Positions 39,296 through 53,700 of a stretch of DNA of 64,000 nt are shown here, in pieces. How positions within the stretch are numbered: position 1 is the stretch's first letter; each line of letters begins with the position of its first letter. The position numbers and the translations under genes were made by a program. Below the pieces are notes generated by a model. It saw only the letters and a list, made by a program, of their open reading frames with translations, made no database searches and was not told where the DNA came from. This DNA comes from Botryllus schlosseri (taxonomy: Eukaryota), in NCBI GenBank assembly GCA_051294905.1, contig CM119372.1, forward strand, positions 20,276,001 through 20,340,000, read 5' to 3'.

Positions 39296-39735
39296 CTCTT
39301 ATTTGCCTGATTCATTTGTTCTCCATTTTTGTCTTTTATATTTTGGCCTTAACGCTAAGAAAGTGAGGATTGTTTCTCAAGCAATATAGAACTTTCGAGA
39401 CGCGGCACATTATTGGTAATTAATAGGGCAAGTTTTTGTTACGGTTAAATCCGGGGAAACTTGCATTTATTTTTCACAAAAGTTGCAGTAAAAGTTGCAT
39501 TAATTTTTCACAAAGGTTAGACTAAAAAGTTGCATTTATGGACACGTCTCTTGAAATTATTAGGGCACGAGATACTCGAATCGATCCGTATCCAAGGCAC
39601 TGTAGCAAACCTAACCAAACTTGTCCTAGTAATTAATTTTATTGGAACGATTGCTTGAACATGAACCTATTTCAAAATTTGGTGCAGTCTACTAAGGGTC
39701 GCATATTCAAAGAATTGTCGCTAACATGTTATACG

Positions 39736-40252
39736 TAGGGCTGGGCACAATGATTCGAGTACTCGAATCTGAATCGAGTATTAATTTTAATGATTCGAGT
39801 CGAGTACTAAAACACGATTTTTTCGAGTACTGAAATTATACGCTCCTCGCCACTGAAAGGTAATTTGTCAAAGAGAATTGTATTTTCAATACTAATTTTC
39901 GCTATTGATGCCTTGAAACCTTGATTGGCCGCATCGTAGCATACGAAACATATAGTACAGAGCTACGAACGTTACTGGAAATTGCACATTTCCGAAGTCA
40001 TGATCTTCCCACAGCATTGTCGTCAATTGCAATGAAATCGTTGCCGTCGAAAAAATACCAAGGTATGTTTAATGTAATGGATAACAGGCATTATATTTTT
40101 TGTGGTCGCATAAAAGATATGTATTTGAACTTTGACATATTACATTATGTTATGACGTCACAATGAGTGATACTCGATTACTCGACTCGACTCGAAGCAT
40201 TTTACGTGATTCAGAATCGAATCACTCAGGTACTCGATTTTGCCCTGCCCTA
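39736..40252. mobile_element. hAT-type MITE, TAGGGCTGGGCA family
   Basis: TIR TAGGGCTGGGCA / TGCCCTGCCCTA with perfect TSD GTTATACG. Inverted copy at 52217-52730. Confidence 0.88.
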
Positions 40253-40479
40253 GTTATACGCCAATACGCGCCTCCGTACGTAGCCTAGATATATCGAAGT
40301 TTTCGGTCAGCGTAAGGGCAGTCCTTTTCAACCAAGGTTTTGTCGCTGCTGATCGTTCTACACACTGCTAGGAGTTGCATGTTGGATGGTCCAAAACTTC
40401 ATATGACTTAATGCGTCGTGACGCGGTAATGACCGACGCCGAAATGCCCATTTCTAAACATCATGCGTAATTGTCATGG

Positions 40480-41097
40480 GGGAAAGTATGCAACGGCCCC
40501 GATGATCCACTTTATTCCTGAAATCGAAATATGTATAATCCATGACTGAAGTACAGAAAGTTGCAGAATAGCGACACACCTACCTGTTATCATGGTTTTC
40601 AAATCTCCTGGGTTAGAATAGAGATTTGGGTCGATCAGTGGTTTATCAAATGGATTCGGCGATCTGAGTTTCACTGTCCCAGAACTTTTGGGTTAAGTAA
40701 TATGGAGTAGATAAAAAATGAAAACAAAACCCCGTCTCTGTCAGAGTATTATGCACTTTCGTAATCGAAGACCTGGAAAAATCATATCGCTACGAACCAA
40801 GCAATATTTGTACCAGCAAAACAGCACTCACATCTGATGAGTAACTATATGGGTGTGTACTGTGTAGCAATCCTATGCAGTAATGGGTCACTTTCGGCAG
40901 GCAGAAGTAAGGCCTCGATATCAGGCAAAGATGTTGTTCTGAAACACATTCATGTTTGTTAAGAAGATACGACAATATTAGTGTCGAATTAGTACTCACT
41001 TGGGTGTTTTAGGAACCATGAAATTAGCTACTGCCATGCCCATAGTGCCTAGAGGCCCACGGCCATTAAGACTCCAATCAGGAAAATCGATTATTAT
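40480..41097 (-). pseudogene. GMC oxidoreductase (glucose/choline dehydrogenase-like) pseudogene fragment with retained introns
   Basis: Successive - strand exons read WSLNGRGPLGTMG, SLPDIEALLLP, ILLNPK/SSGTVKLRSPNPFDKPLIDPNLYSNPGDLKTMIT and GIKWII. They are separated by short GT-AG introns and carry in-frame stops and a frameshift. Confidence 0.75.
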
Positions 41098-41389
41098 CTG
41101 AAATACAAGCCATCTTATTTATTGTTGCAAAATGTTCTCGGTTAGATCGCGGGTTGCCTTTACTTCTTTGAATGATGCGGTATCTCCAGAAGTAAGATTA
41201 CAAGCCTTGAAAATTTTGAAAATGTAGAACAAATTTACAAAAAAAGTTCTCTATAATTTATGGTAATTCACGAAATAATTTTGGACCCCCTTCGAGCTAG
41301 CCCCCCCTCCAATAATTGGGGGGTTTGGACCGCGGCAGTTACGGTCCTGGTCGCATCAAACGAGAATAGAGCTCATTTACGTTGAATAC

Positions 41390-43700
41390 TAGGGATGGTG
41401 TGAACTTGAGGTATACGTTCGCGTTCTGTGTGAGATGTGAACCTCAGAAATTCAGAGGTTCACGTTCACAAATGAATCTTGCAGTGATGAGCGGATATTT
41501 ATTTCTGAGAATCCGAATCCATCCGACACCTCGGGTCTCTGACGTACTATCCGTCCAAATCTGAACAATCGCAACCAAAAATCCACGCGAATCCGAATAA
41601 TGCCGTCCAGAATCCGAATAACTTTTCCGTAGAATCCTAATTGTACATCATAGCAGAGAAGTCGTTACAAATGTTAAGGTTAGAGTTAACTGATTTATAT
41701 TTGCTTGCAACTTGGACAGAACAGCTTTAGATTGCCACAAGTCCTATCAGAACGTGTTTACTGTCCGTGTTTGGTTGTCGAGCGGACTATTTTTTTTGAC
41801 TCCGGCTGTAATAAAATGTTGCAAAATCCGGTCGGAACACTATCCGAATCCGTCCAATGCTCATCACGAGAACCTTGGTAGGTTCTGCACTGTGAACCTT
41901 TTCCATATATCACAATTTTCAACTTCATTATAACATCTTTGATTGAAATTTTTTGCATTTCATCTGCGGGCCACTCTATATGCATGGTGCTGGCAGCATA
42001 AAAATCAACTCTAAGCGAGCATGCACCTTGACAATTTCGAAAGTTTTACTTACTTGTTACAAAAGTTTGCTCGAAATATCCAGTTTTCCATTTGTGAATG
42101 TTTGCAACACCAGCTTTCGACTAAGACCAATTATATTAAATTCCATCGCTCGAGTCACCAGATATAGCACTACCGATCAGTGTTGGGATGACTCGAGTCA
42201 CCTTTCTCGTATAACTTGACTTGACACGAAACACTTTGCAAAAATGACTTGACTTGACTCGACTCGGCGTATCAGAATTGTGGATTGACTCGTGACTCGG
42301 AGCAAAATTCACGAGTCAATTTCAAGCCATCAAGTAATCGGTGTCGGTAAAAATCACTGTATCTTGCATATATTCTGGTTGTTCGGAAACGCTGGTGTAA
42401 CCCGTGAGTGCGACCACTCATTCAATGATAGTGCTTTTTACTGAGCTGCCATTGTTCTCTCACAAGTATATTGACGAAAAACAAAGTTATCAGAGCTTAC
42501 AGCTTACGTTGTCATAAACTATTAGTAAAGTAATTTACTAGCAAAATATATATTTCTGTTCTCTGTTCTTCTCTTAACCAAACCTCTTGTTTTATTTAAA
42601 TTGAATTCGAATATAGTTAATATACTCGTCAATCACTGGGGCAGGCTCGAACTGTATCGCATTGATATGTAGGTGGGTAATGTATTGAATCTTATCAATT
42701 CGTTTCTCTGTTCTCTATTCTCTATTTTGGTTGGTAGCTATAAACTGGGGCTATGCAAACATTTACGTAGTTTAGCAATTCTACGTAAATGTGAGCGATA
42801 CAAGACTTTCCTACGTGTATATTTGCCTCTACATTCGTTCATCGGTTCAAAATCCATAACCATTCAATCTGAATGTCAAACAGCTAGCAAAGTGCAATGA
42901 CGTATCCATGCCTAATACTCCGGAAAGACAACTTGACTTGAGTCGAGTCACCTTCGAAAATCGATTGACTTTACTTGACTCGAGTCAAAATATGCAATGA
43001 CTCGAAATGACTTGTGACTTGAAGGTAGTGACTTGATCTCAACACTGCTACCAATTATGCTATTTTTAGATTGCTCAGCAATAACAGAGACTGCTTGACC
43101 AAGCGTAACGACGGGTTTCGAAGGAGTTGCGTATCTATCCGTAGGATAGTAATTTATAATTTAAGCCCGAATATAGCACATACAATTATTATATCGCTAA
43201 TTAATCAAGTGGTCCTTGGGCGCAATTCAAGCGTGAAATATTTATAATAATGAAGTCCCGATCCGAAACTGGACTTCATCACTTACCCATTGTTGTTACA
43301 GTCCCTAAAATAGAGGGCCGTCAGACCCAGGTAAGTTTTAAAAGGGAGCGCTGGAGGGAAAAAAAGGTAACGAACCACTGGTTTAAATCATAAAAACCAA
43401 ATCCGTGTGGGTGTTGGCTACTCCTGTTTAACTTGTTGATAGGATAATATCGGTATCAAGTATAGAGAGCCAATTTACATTCTGCTCAATATCAATGTAG
43501 CAATACTCAGACGCCGAATACATTTTGTAGCAGCCTACATTCGATGACGGGTAAAAAGCCAGTATGTACTTCAGCATTGTGTTATGTGGCCCGAGTTATC
43601 GCTACAGGTATCGTGTACATAAATATATCAAGTCACCGAAATGTGGAGATGAAATTAGCAATATGACGACAATTGACGTCATGAGGTTCACGCCATTCCT
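41390..43700. mobile_element. Interrupted TAGGGATGGTGTGAAC-family MITE with nested insertions
   Basis: Family homology at about 41390-41481, 41870-42105 and 43385-43700. Interrupted by a CAGTGATGAGC element (about 41482-41868) and by the MITE at 42178-43047. Confidence 0.65.
42178..43047. mobile_element. GACTCGAGTC-rich hAT-type MITE
   Basis: CAGTGTTGGGAT ... ATCTCAACACTG with TSD CTACCGAT / CTACCAAT. Confidence 0.85.
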
Positions 43701-45006
43701 GTTCAATACCTTTAAATATCACTAATGTTACAGCGTCATCATCCCAGTATATGGGCGATTTGAAAAAACACATAGGTAGCGTGAGTGGTACTGGTTGCGT
43801 ATATTCTCAAACGATACATGGCCAACGAAATGGGCGTGTGTGAAATTTCGTTATCAATCATCATCTCTTTCGTCGCAGTTATGGCATATAAATAACTGAT
43901 GATATACGTAAGATTCCACAGACGCATTTTCCCATGCGACGATAAGGAACACTATATAATTAGTTCCCGCATATGTCGATGCATTGGACGGCGTCAAAGT
44001 CGATTCGAAGAATTGTTCTGGCAGGTCAATACCGGTTGCCTTTAGCTTGCGCTGTTATAATGCTCCTTCAGCTTGATCATGGACCTAACCGGACCAAGAA
44101 AATGAATGTCGCCCCTTTTTCTGCGCGTTGATATACCATTACTGCTACAGTGAGGTCAATGCAACAAGTCGGTCTTGTGCTCATTGCGCGTCTGTAGCGT
44201 AAATTATTCTCAAAAATTAATGAGGCTTCTCCAAGCCAAAGTTTCTGGTCGGAGTTACTGGTATTTGTATGATCAGTTACTTAGTTAGCCATATAGCCTA
44301 CTTGATCGTTTTGAAATGGTCTCTGATGCTACCACGCTACCTGAAATAATAAGAGTGACTAATGTTATTGTAATAATCTACGAGTGGCAGATGGAAGGTC
44401 CAAAAGTATTTGACAAAAGAAGCTTTAAAAATGTATTCTGAGATTTTATTAGAAGGACTAATTACGCAACGCTTATAAGCATTTCGCTTATAAATTGGAT
44501 GCAAGGTATTTGGATAAAAATATCTTAAGGTGTGTATAGTTGAATTGGACATTAGGGCCTACAAAACAACACCACTTTTTATGGGTACAAGCGGGACCTA
44601 TCGTAGGCCCCGGTACAAGTAAATAAACCTTGTGTATTCAGTATACGTGGAAATGCTACGTTACTGGACTTACTCTGGAACATGTCACTCTCAATCTATT
44701 GACCAGGCCTATTTGCTTAAGAAACATCTCGAACATCGCTAATACATGAAATAACATGATAGGACCAAAATACCACAGCCAATGTATGAAATAAACACTA
44801 AACAGATGTAGTAGCCCTTCTTAATGTGCCTCATGCTGTGCCGTGCACTTCATATTTTACGTTGGACTGTCGGAGTGTCCAGCGCAGTGTCTTCTGCTCG
44901 CCTGATGAGTTGTTATAGACAGCCCAGTTTGCGTTGTTGTGATGCAATCAACACTTAATAGTACCGTGAACAAAGGGCTCTACACACAGCAATAGTCCGA
45001 ATCAAG

Positions 45007-47174
45007 ATGATATTTAGACTATTTTGTCTTTTGGCCGCTCTGTCCTTGACCTACGCCAACGGCACCGACGACTCTACGCTTTTCATCTCCGCTTTCAATA
45101 TTCAAGTCTTCGGGAAGAGCAAAGTGTCCAAAGACTATGTTGTAGAAAAGCTAGTTCAGGTAAAATTATGGGTGCGAGCACATATGGCATGTTGGGGTTA
45201 GTCTGAACTAAACTCCGATCCAGGCGCTTGATGTGAAAGCGAGCACGAACATATAGGGACGTCATAACAATTAATGCATATATATACAAAATGTTGTGCA
45301 CAAAACGCATTGTACAGAATACCAGCAAACATAGCGACTTCACACTTTATTTAGTTTAGGTTTAGACGTTCGTGAATCATTCATGTTAAGATGGTGTTCA
45401 AGTTCGCATGATCGTTATGCCCAGCTCGATATAATGCAGCTGTTCGTGTTAGCAACACGCAAACCAACCTTATACACTGTGAACATTTTTACGAAACAGT
45501 GGACTTTTACAGTAATTGATCAGACCTAGACAAGAATTCAAAAAGTAATATGTTTGAAGTTAAAAGTATAAAAATGAGTGTAATATGAATGTGAGGCCTT
45601 TGATATCATACAAGAATCTCACAGAAACCTGACTTGAACTAGAAAATGAACAGTGAACTCTAAGATTTAAACTAGGACCCGAGTCTCAACAATGACTCGG
45701 AATCGGTGGACTCGGTGTTGAATTGAAAATGACTCGACTTATTGACTAGAGAGTGAAAACTATAAAAGTTATCTTACACATACATAACCCGCGTAAGCTA
45801 TACTACCATCCAGATATATGCAGGCGCAGGTATTTAAACTATAGTTTAACTATTCGCATATGATAGACTTTAATGTGGTAAATGTGGTATTTATTGTACT
45901 TCAGATCATCAAGAGATATGACATGACCGTTGTTCAAGAGATCCGAGATATTGACGAAGTCGCTTTTCCACAATTGGTGGATGCGGTGAACGCGGCGTCT
46001 GACATCAAATATTCCTCGTTCATGTCTCCAAGATCCGGCCGAACGTCCAGTAAAGAGCAGTATGGCTACATCTACAAGTAAGATCGCCTTTATCGGCGCT
46101 ATAACACGGCGTGCAGTGGCCTTGATATCTAGCAGTGTTCGTTGTCCATCCTTTCTTCGAGTCGAGACAGTCGTCGAGCATGTCCGCATTCAAGTCAAAA
46201 TACAAGCAATTTCTTCTAAATGATAACTAGTCAGCCTTCAGGATTACCGGAACACGACCTAACATCGATCTCGCCTTCCACCACATGCCACCTCATTGTA
46301 TCACCTGCCTTTTATATTCTCTGCTTTACTTTTCAATAAGTATATATATATTAGGGCTCTTCAAAAATGACTTTTTTTCTAAAATCGTACTGGCTACTTG
46401 ATAAATTTGTTAGGTTACCTAAATTAAGCCTACACACAGAATTTGGTTCAATTCCAGCCAGTAACCGCTTTGCTACAGGAGAAGAAAGTTTCTACCTACT
46501 ATATTAAAATAAATAATAAAAAAATTGAAAATTTTCGCTTCACCTCATGAAAGTGTTAGGCTGTCTATAGAAACGATGCTCACCAAATTTGGTTCAATTC
46601 CAACCAGTGGAATCGGAGTTATTGCCGTCGAAAAATTTTGATTCGAATAAAATAGTATTTACGGTGAGCACAACTATAATAAATAAACAAAGAATGGGTC
46701 ACCGTAAATACTACAACTGATACTGATACGGACCAGGGGTGGCCAACCTGCAGCCGCATGCGGCCATAGAAGGAAAATTGTGAGGCCGTCTACGCTTAAT
46801 TCAATAAGTAGAGAATTGGAAATAACATTGTATATATTTCGGGATACGATTGTTGATATGCAATGTTCTTTCCAATTCTCTCTCTACTCGTCGCTGACGA
46901 TTACCCCTGACGAGTGTCAGCCGAAAATATTCGGATTCATTTCAATATGAATATACTATTCAAGGGTGGTATTTTATAAATTTACTACCCTGACTATTGC
47001 ATATGAAATGAACCAGAATATTTTCGGCTCACGAGTTATTGTTTATTCAATGATTTTTGGCGCTTATCGCCTATCGCCACGATAATGAATGTTGTAATGT
47101 TCATAATTATCATGCTTTTGATACGCTTACCGGACGACTTCCAGTCATCCATCCATTCATCACCATCACCATCA

Positions 47175-47208
<34 letters not shown>

Positions 47209-48435
47209 ATTCTCTTCCATGCGCACTCTTATGTCTATTGGTGCGTCTACGGCGGCCAGATAAACCTCCGGCACATAGAACAACCATTGGTATCGTGACG
47301 GTGTCGCTTAGCACGCTGCACCACTCGCTTCCCCCGGCTGATTATAGCGCATGAAGTTCTAGTATATGTTTTTATTCATATTTCCATTCGATGTAAATCG
47401 ACTTCGGTGACATATTTTTTATAGTCCGGAAAAACTGCAAGTTCTGTCTCAATTCGAATTCCCTGATGATCGCGAGGACATTTTTGAAAGGGAACCCTAT
47501 ATCGTCAAGTTCGCTGATCTTCGAAATAGTATGTGGTTTTTATTCATGTTTAGCTAACACTAATAAAACTTGTATACAACCCTAAACATCACACAGATGC
47601 CGCCCAGTCACAGTTCAACACCATTGTACTGCATGCAAAGCCAGATGATGCCGTTTCTGAAGTATCTGCACTCGCTGATGCTTATGACTATGCAGTAGCG
47701 GCCACTGGTGAAACGGTAAATATATCTGTTTTGTTATTCTTAGTAAAACGCCAGCGTAAAATCCCGTATCAAAGTCGCCGTATTGCCTTGCAGAATGCCA
47801 TTATCATGGGAGATTTGAACGCCGATTGCAGTTACATAACATCCAGTGAGTGGTCACAGGTCAAATTGTGCACTGAAAGTCGGTTTTCGTGGATGATTCC
47901 CAATTCTGCCGACACCACAGTTAGCAGTACCGACTGTGCATATGACCGGTTAGTATTTTCTAAATAGGCGGCGAGAAAGTATCGAGACTACTAGCGTGAC
48001 TCGAACTGGGGTCTGCCACGCCGGTGGCGGTGGATTTACCAACCACGCCAGCGAGTAAACAAGTTGTAGCCTACGTCCAAGTCCAATAGCCCACAGAATT
48101 CATTATTAGTTTTGTTACTTATACGTCCCGGTACAAATTCCACAATGTAGGCCTACGCTACACTACATATAGACATTTCAAATCCATAACATACAGAATA
48201 ATTCAATTGTTATTCTCACCTCGCAGAATTGTAACTGCTGGAGATATCACGCCTTTTGTAATCGATGCGGCAGTATTCGACTTCGAAACCGAGTACCGTA
48301 TGACAAATTCAGAGGTATTGTATTCAGTTAGATCCCGTCGCTTTATTCTTCAATCGAACACGTGTTTCTTTCATTTTGTAGGCCAAAGAGGTCAGCGATC
48401 ATTTCCCTGTTGAATTCTATGTGAGCCTCACATAG
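45007..48435 (+). CDS. DNASE1: Deoxyribonuclease I family secreted endonuclease, 7 exons, 281 aa
   Basis: Exons 45007-45159, 45905-46077, 47425-47528, 47597-47715, 47794-47948, 48227-48314 and 48382-48435. All introns are GT-AG and phase-compatible, 846 nt in total. Signal peptide; motifs AFNIQVFG, VQEIRD, KEQYGYIY, FEREP, LHAKP, MGDLNADCSY, DCAYDRIV, SDHFPVE. The symbol denotes the family, not proven orthology. Confidence 0.95.
46903..46936 (+). ncRNA. Minimal hammerhead-ribozyme-like motif in a Penelope pLTR fragment within DNase I intron 2
   Basis: ACCC-CUGACGA-G-UGUCAGC-C-GAAA-AUAU-UC-GGAU, followed by a short inverted partial copy at about 46988-47035. Confidence 0.5.
47174..47208. repeat. 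(CT)n microsatellite
   Basis: Direct reading. A similar tract lies at about 13321-13345. Confidence 0.95.
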
Positions 48436-49787
48436 CACAAGCAGCACATAAAGAAGAAGTCTATGTTATGAAATAACGGAAGAAATTAAAATGAATAATT
48501 CTCTGCTGCGTTAACGACAAAGATAATTTAAAATAAATACATCAGACCAGCGGCGGCTCGTGAGTCGTGACGATATCAGGTGGTGGGGCAAGGAGTGCAC
48601 GCGATGTTTGTTGTCCAAATGACGTCACAATGGTGTATTCCGACGTGAAAATATGACTTCGTTGTGGTCAGTGTACACTGGTCCGGTCACGCACAGTTTG
48701 TATAGGGTATAGACATTAGGCATGGGTACGTAGGCTTACGTATTTCAAAATATTCTGAAGAAAATATGAAGTATAGCCTACAGCAGTCCATACCTGCATA
48801 TTTTAACGTTTGTATCAGTAGGCCTATTATTTGCAGCGTGATTTCATTGTTGCAAAATGTTCAATGACGAGTTAATTGAAATATGGAATATCCAGAATGA
48901 CAGTGTTGAGAATCGAGAGTACAGCTAAGTCATCGAGCCTATCTTTACACATCCCGATTCCAAGTATAAATTGTCGGTGCGTTTTAATGTGCTGAAACCT
49001 CGCTCGGATACCGCGGATGAAATCTGGGTGGTCAGTATGATATTTAAAAAAAAACTAGTTACAACAGCACAGTTGATGGAAAGCGATTTTTCAACCATAG
49101 GAATTTTGAAAGTTCACTAGTGGTTACTACTTCGGAAAAAGATGTATTGGAATATAAACAAGTCAACTCGAACCGAGCAATGTCGACCATTCGGTAATAT
49201 CGAGACACCGTTTGCAGTAGGCCATGTGGGCTATAATACGGTATGAAAGAAACCTACCTGAATGATGCCGACAAACACTTTCGCGCAAAGCACGACGAAA
49301 ATTCTGAACTTTCCTTAGCTTTTGTAATGTTGTTGTTTGTGGTATTCATGGTGTTTGTCGACTACTATAGTCATTTACACCAGGCCGATAGTCATTATTA
49401 GATTCCGTATCTGCCGACTTGTAGCACGACCCACTACTACTTGAGTTTGTTCCAGAAGTAGAGGAAAGCTACTTGAGTATACTTCAAAATTCTAGAAGTA
49501 CTTCGTTACTGACCACCTCTGGATACATATACCTCAAGTCGGAAAGAATTCTGGCCGTCTAAATTGAAGAAGGGAATGGGGCTCAAAAAGCCCGTAAATA
49601 AACCGTGCTGGGTCCTTTGAGAACATTTGGAAGTTTTCATCTAATTGCAAAATGAATAGAGTATGGTACATAAAAACAAAGCAGGTACTTCTAATGGGTG
49701 CAAAGATTTGAACATCGACCATACGACACCATCTTCCACATGGGTATGCAATCTGTGCATGGATTTCCACGTTTATTCACAAAATGA

Positions 49788-50356
49788 CAGGGTTAACCAA
49801 GTCACAAGACTCCGAGTCACTAGTCAATCTCAATTTTATAGTTTTGACTCGAGTCAAGTCGAGTCATTTTCAATTCACCACCGAGTCAAGTCCGAGTCCA
49901 AGCCATCGAGCAGAGGGTCGAGTCCGAGTCATAGTATTATAACTCGAGTCCAAGTCCAAATCATTGTGTTGACTGCTCAGTTTCTAGTTAAAGTCTTGTT
50001 AAACCAACTTTTTATAACTCTGTTTGGAGGTATCGAATTATGGTTTGGATTTATAATATAGTAATTTTCCTCACTTTTAGCAGTTTCTGGTCGCATTTTC
50101 AAGTACCAGTACCAATAGACGAAATCCCAATAGGGTGGCTACTTTACTATTCTTCGAAATTACAATGAAATGTCGGTCTTGGCCGTCTGAGTATCGAGTC
50201 ATATGACTTGATTCGAGTCATGCGCAATGACTCGAGTACAAGTTGAGTCAATACACAGATTGACTCGAGTCGAGTCGAGTCATTTTCGTATTGTGAGAAA
50301 ATGACCGAGTCAAGTCAAGTCATCAGAAAATCGTGACTCGAGTCATTGCAACACTG
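49788..50356. mobile_element. Second GACTCGAGTC-rich hAT-type MITE family
   Basis: CAGGGTT ... AACACTG with TSD CAAAATGA / CAAAAGGA. Its 5' part matches 7162-7255 (inverted) and about 45660-45770. Confidence 0.75.
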
Positions 50357-51166
50357 CAAAAGGATAACTAAAATTAGCGTAAATATAGGAGGGGGCTCAT
50401 AAAATCAAAGTGAAATCTTGTAATGGGTGCATGGGTGCATGGATATTTACGGTTGTTCGTAAAGTGATAACTAAAAAATGAGATTTGCGGATTGACCCCT
50501 CTGTACGGTACCGTACCATATTCTTTATGGATACAAGGATTTTCGCGTTAATTCCGAGTGTGATAATATAGTTGAAAAAAGCGCGTAAACCGGGGAGGGG
50601 GGTTGAAAGCGCGTAAATAAACTAGGGACCCTTGGCGACCCCCTACCCCGCTTACCCCAAAAGCAACCACTGACTATACTGCAGCTCAGTGCTCTGCAAC
50701 CTTTTTAAGCTCCATTCGCACTTTTTTTCTCATAATTTCATCCGCACCAGCCAGCAAGAGTAATGAAGAAACTCATTACTTTTGTATTTGAACAGCGTCT
50801 TGGAGGTACAGAGCTTCATTATTTTACATTCAACGCATCGTATTATTGATTACTCCAGTACTAAAATCACTGCAGTAGAAAAATCACAGATATCGCACTC
50901 CCATTGTTCTCTAGGTGTTCTTTGCTTTTCTGAGGGTATCGTGCAGTGATTTCCTTCGACGCTTAAAGGGCCAACCCAAGAACCATATTCACTCGCAACA
51001 ATATCACTTTTCCACTAAATCGACATGCTACGTGATCGTGATGTGAATCTGTTCGCATTTAGAACGCACAAAAGAGTGAAATTGCACTATGCACAATGCA
51101 CATGAATCGTAGCATCAATGTCGCGACTACCACCTTTCTGACAACATTCGAAAAGATGCTTCACCA

Positions 51167-52145
51167 CAGGGATGGTGTGAACGTGAGGTTCACGTTCCCG
51201 TTCTGTTAGTGAAACTCAGAAATTTAGAGGTTCACGTTCACAAACGAACCTTGGTAGGTTCTGGACTGTAAACCTTTTTAATAGATTGCCATTTTTCACA
51301 TCATTATAACATCTTTCGTAGAAATTCTTAGCATTTCAACTTCGCACCATACTATGCGTGGCGCTGGCAGCATAAAAATGAACATCACCAAGCAGGCATG
51401 CCCCCGCCAATCTCAAACATTTTACTTGCTTTGTTACAAAAGTTTTCTCGAAATATCCAGCTTTCCGTTTGTGAATATTTAGTGACTCTCTGCTGTGAGT
51501 TTGACCCCCAATCACACAACATCAAGAGCGAATTACACTACATGCAGCATGTATAGTTGGCGAATGATGCTTATTCAACCAATCAATCAAATTGATGTCG
51601 CTGTCTAATGTAAACATCTAGCAGGCGTATCTGGTCAATCTTGATTTCATATGTTTATTGTATCATAAAAAAAATCCGTGCGATTGGGGTGTTGGCTACT
51701 CCTGTATAAATTTTTAATGGGGTAATATTGGTAGCAAGTACAGAAACCCGTTTTGCACTCCGATCAATATCAAGCAATAGCAATATACTCGGACGCCGAA
51801 TACACTGTACGGTCTGGCCTATACCGTTGAGCCGTATATATGTCCTTGCAAGTCCTCGTCGAAATTGTTGGTAAAGGGACGAAAGATATTGGTTTTATGG
51901 GACTATGATATCATTTGATTGCCCCAGTTGATACATTTGGCGTCGTTTAAAACGTCAATATGTACCAGCATTGTGGCATTATGTGGTCAAAAATATAAAC
52001 TATCACTTCACTGAAAGGTAGGGCTGGAATCAGCAATATGACGCCTCGTGACGTCATGAGGTTCACGTTCGCGTTCACACAGAACCTTTCAAAAAGGTTC
52101 GCGTTCACACGAACCTGAACCTTACAGAGGTTCACACCATCCCTA
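51167..52145. mobile_element. TAGGGATGGTGTGAAC-family MITE (inverted relative to 9609-10597)
   Basis: TIRs present, TSD CTTCACCA / CTTCACCG. Confidence 0.85.
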
Positions 52146-52216
52146 CTTCACCGGATTAAGGCATGTTAGCCGATTGGATGTTACGGTGGGCGTTAAAAAC
52201 ATGAATGCGTTGCTAT

Positions 52217-52730
52217 TAGGGCTGGGCAAAATCGAGTACATGAGTGATTTGATTCTGAATGACGTAATATGCTCCGAGTCGAGTAATCGAGTATCACTCA
52301 TTACGACGTCATAACAGAATGTAATACGTCGAAGTTCAAATATGTACCGTTTATGCCGGCACAAAGAATATAATGCCTGTTATCCATCTCATAAATGATA
52401 CTTTGGTATTTTTGCAACCATACCGATTTCATTCCACTTGGTGACAATGTTGTGGGATAATCGTGACTTCGGAAATGTGCTACTGTCCGGTAACCTTCGT
52501 AGCTTTATACTATATGTTTCGCATGCTACGATATACCGCCAATCAAGGTTTCAAGGCTTCAACAGTGACAATTGGTAACGAAACTATAATTCTTGTCGAT
52601 AAATTAACATTCAGTGGCGATAAGCGTATAATTTCAGTACTCGAAAAAATCGTCTTTTACTACTCGACTCGAACCATGAAAATTAATACTCGATTCAGAT
52701 TCGAGTACTCCAATCATTGTGCCCGGCGCT
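52217..52730. mobile_element. TAGGGCTGGGCA-family MITE (inverted relative to 39736-40252)
   Basis: Collinear reverse-complement homology over its full length. Confidence 0.8.
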
Positions 52731-53164
52731 AATTTCTACACAAACACACACAATCCGAATGATTGATGATGGTTATTTACGGATAGGCTTAGGCTTCATT
52801 CACTTCTTATATACATACAACACAAGAATACACAAATTAACATATCTTTCAAGAACAACGTGCGGTATCCTTGTGGTTGTCAAGGTCAACACTTATATCC
52901 CCTTGAATAATTATTACTTACATGAGATTCATGATTAACACACAGTTATATCGGAAAGGTTTGCCAACTGAGGAATGGCTCTTAGGGCAATCGTACAATA
53001 TCGCCAAAATGACTGAAATAATGTCAAATTATCTTCACCCAAACATTGCTTCATTGATCATTTGCTACCATCGTTTAATTTTTCTTTTATTTTCTTACAT
53101 TTTTTACAGCCAGGCTGCTCAGAGTCAAGTGTACCTGTTTGATGCTGGTGTGATCAGACTAGAT

Positions 53165-53700
53165 GACCTTCACGGTCTTATCCAATCGAAGTTACATTAT
53201 GGCATCCTCTGTTGGGGGGCTGACAGTAAAACTGCACTCAAGCCACTGCAAAAACTACAGCATATAGTACTCCGAATCATAGCTAGGGCCCCAAAGGGGC
53301 CAGGCTGCCCATCCGACAAGTCGCTGCTGAAGAGATTCGGCGTCCTAAACATAGAATATATGCGGAAACTAGAGATCGCCAAGTTTATGTATCAGTTCCA
53401 CTGTGGTCGTTGCCCTGGATAGTTCAATGACTTCTTTACCTCGGAATCACACGCACAAGTACAACACAAGCGCGTCCACGTCGTCCAAATATCATATGAT
53501 CGACCGAAAAGATCATCGCTCTATCAAATATGCCGGACCTGATGTGTGGAACAGTATCTCGCCGGTCACGACAGTCGACGAGCATGTCCACATTCAAGTC
53601 GAAATACAAGCAATTACTACTAAATAAATACAGTCCATCCTCAAGATTACCGGACCACGACTGACCTATCGATCTTGCTTTCCATGACATTGCAGCTCCA
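53165..53700 (+). mobile_element. 5'-truncated CR1/L2-group LINE (post-RT C-terminal region and 3' UTR)
   Basis: LIQSKLHYGILCWG...LKPLQKLQHIVLRII...GVLNI..MRKLEIAKFMYQF, then HTHKYNT and SIKYAGPDVWNSI after a stop and frameshift. A shorter homolog lies at about 46082-46300. Confidence 0.85.

Noticed and set aside
49663..50061. 132-aa ORF, and similar ORFs at 37653-38132, 28511-28825 and 33589-33936
   Set aside because: They lie within MITE or foldback repeats and show no domain motifs or splice-supported structure.
52922..53164. N-terminal half of the 166-aa ORF as a host gene
   Set aside because: Only the part from about 53165 resembles a LINE ORF2. The upstream part appears to be chance read-through.
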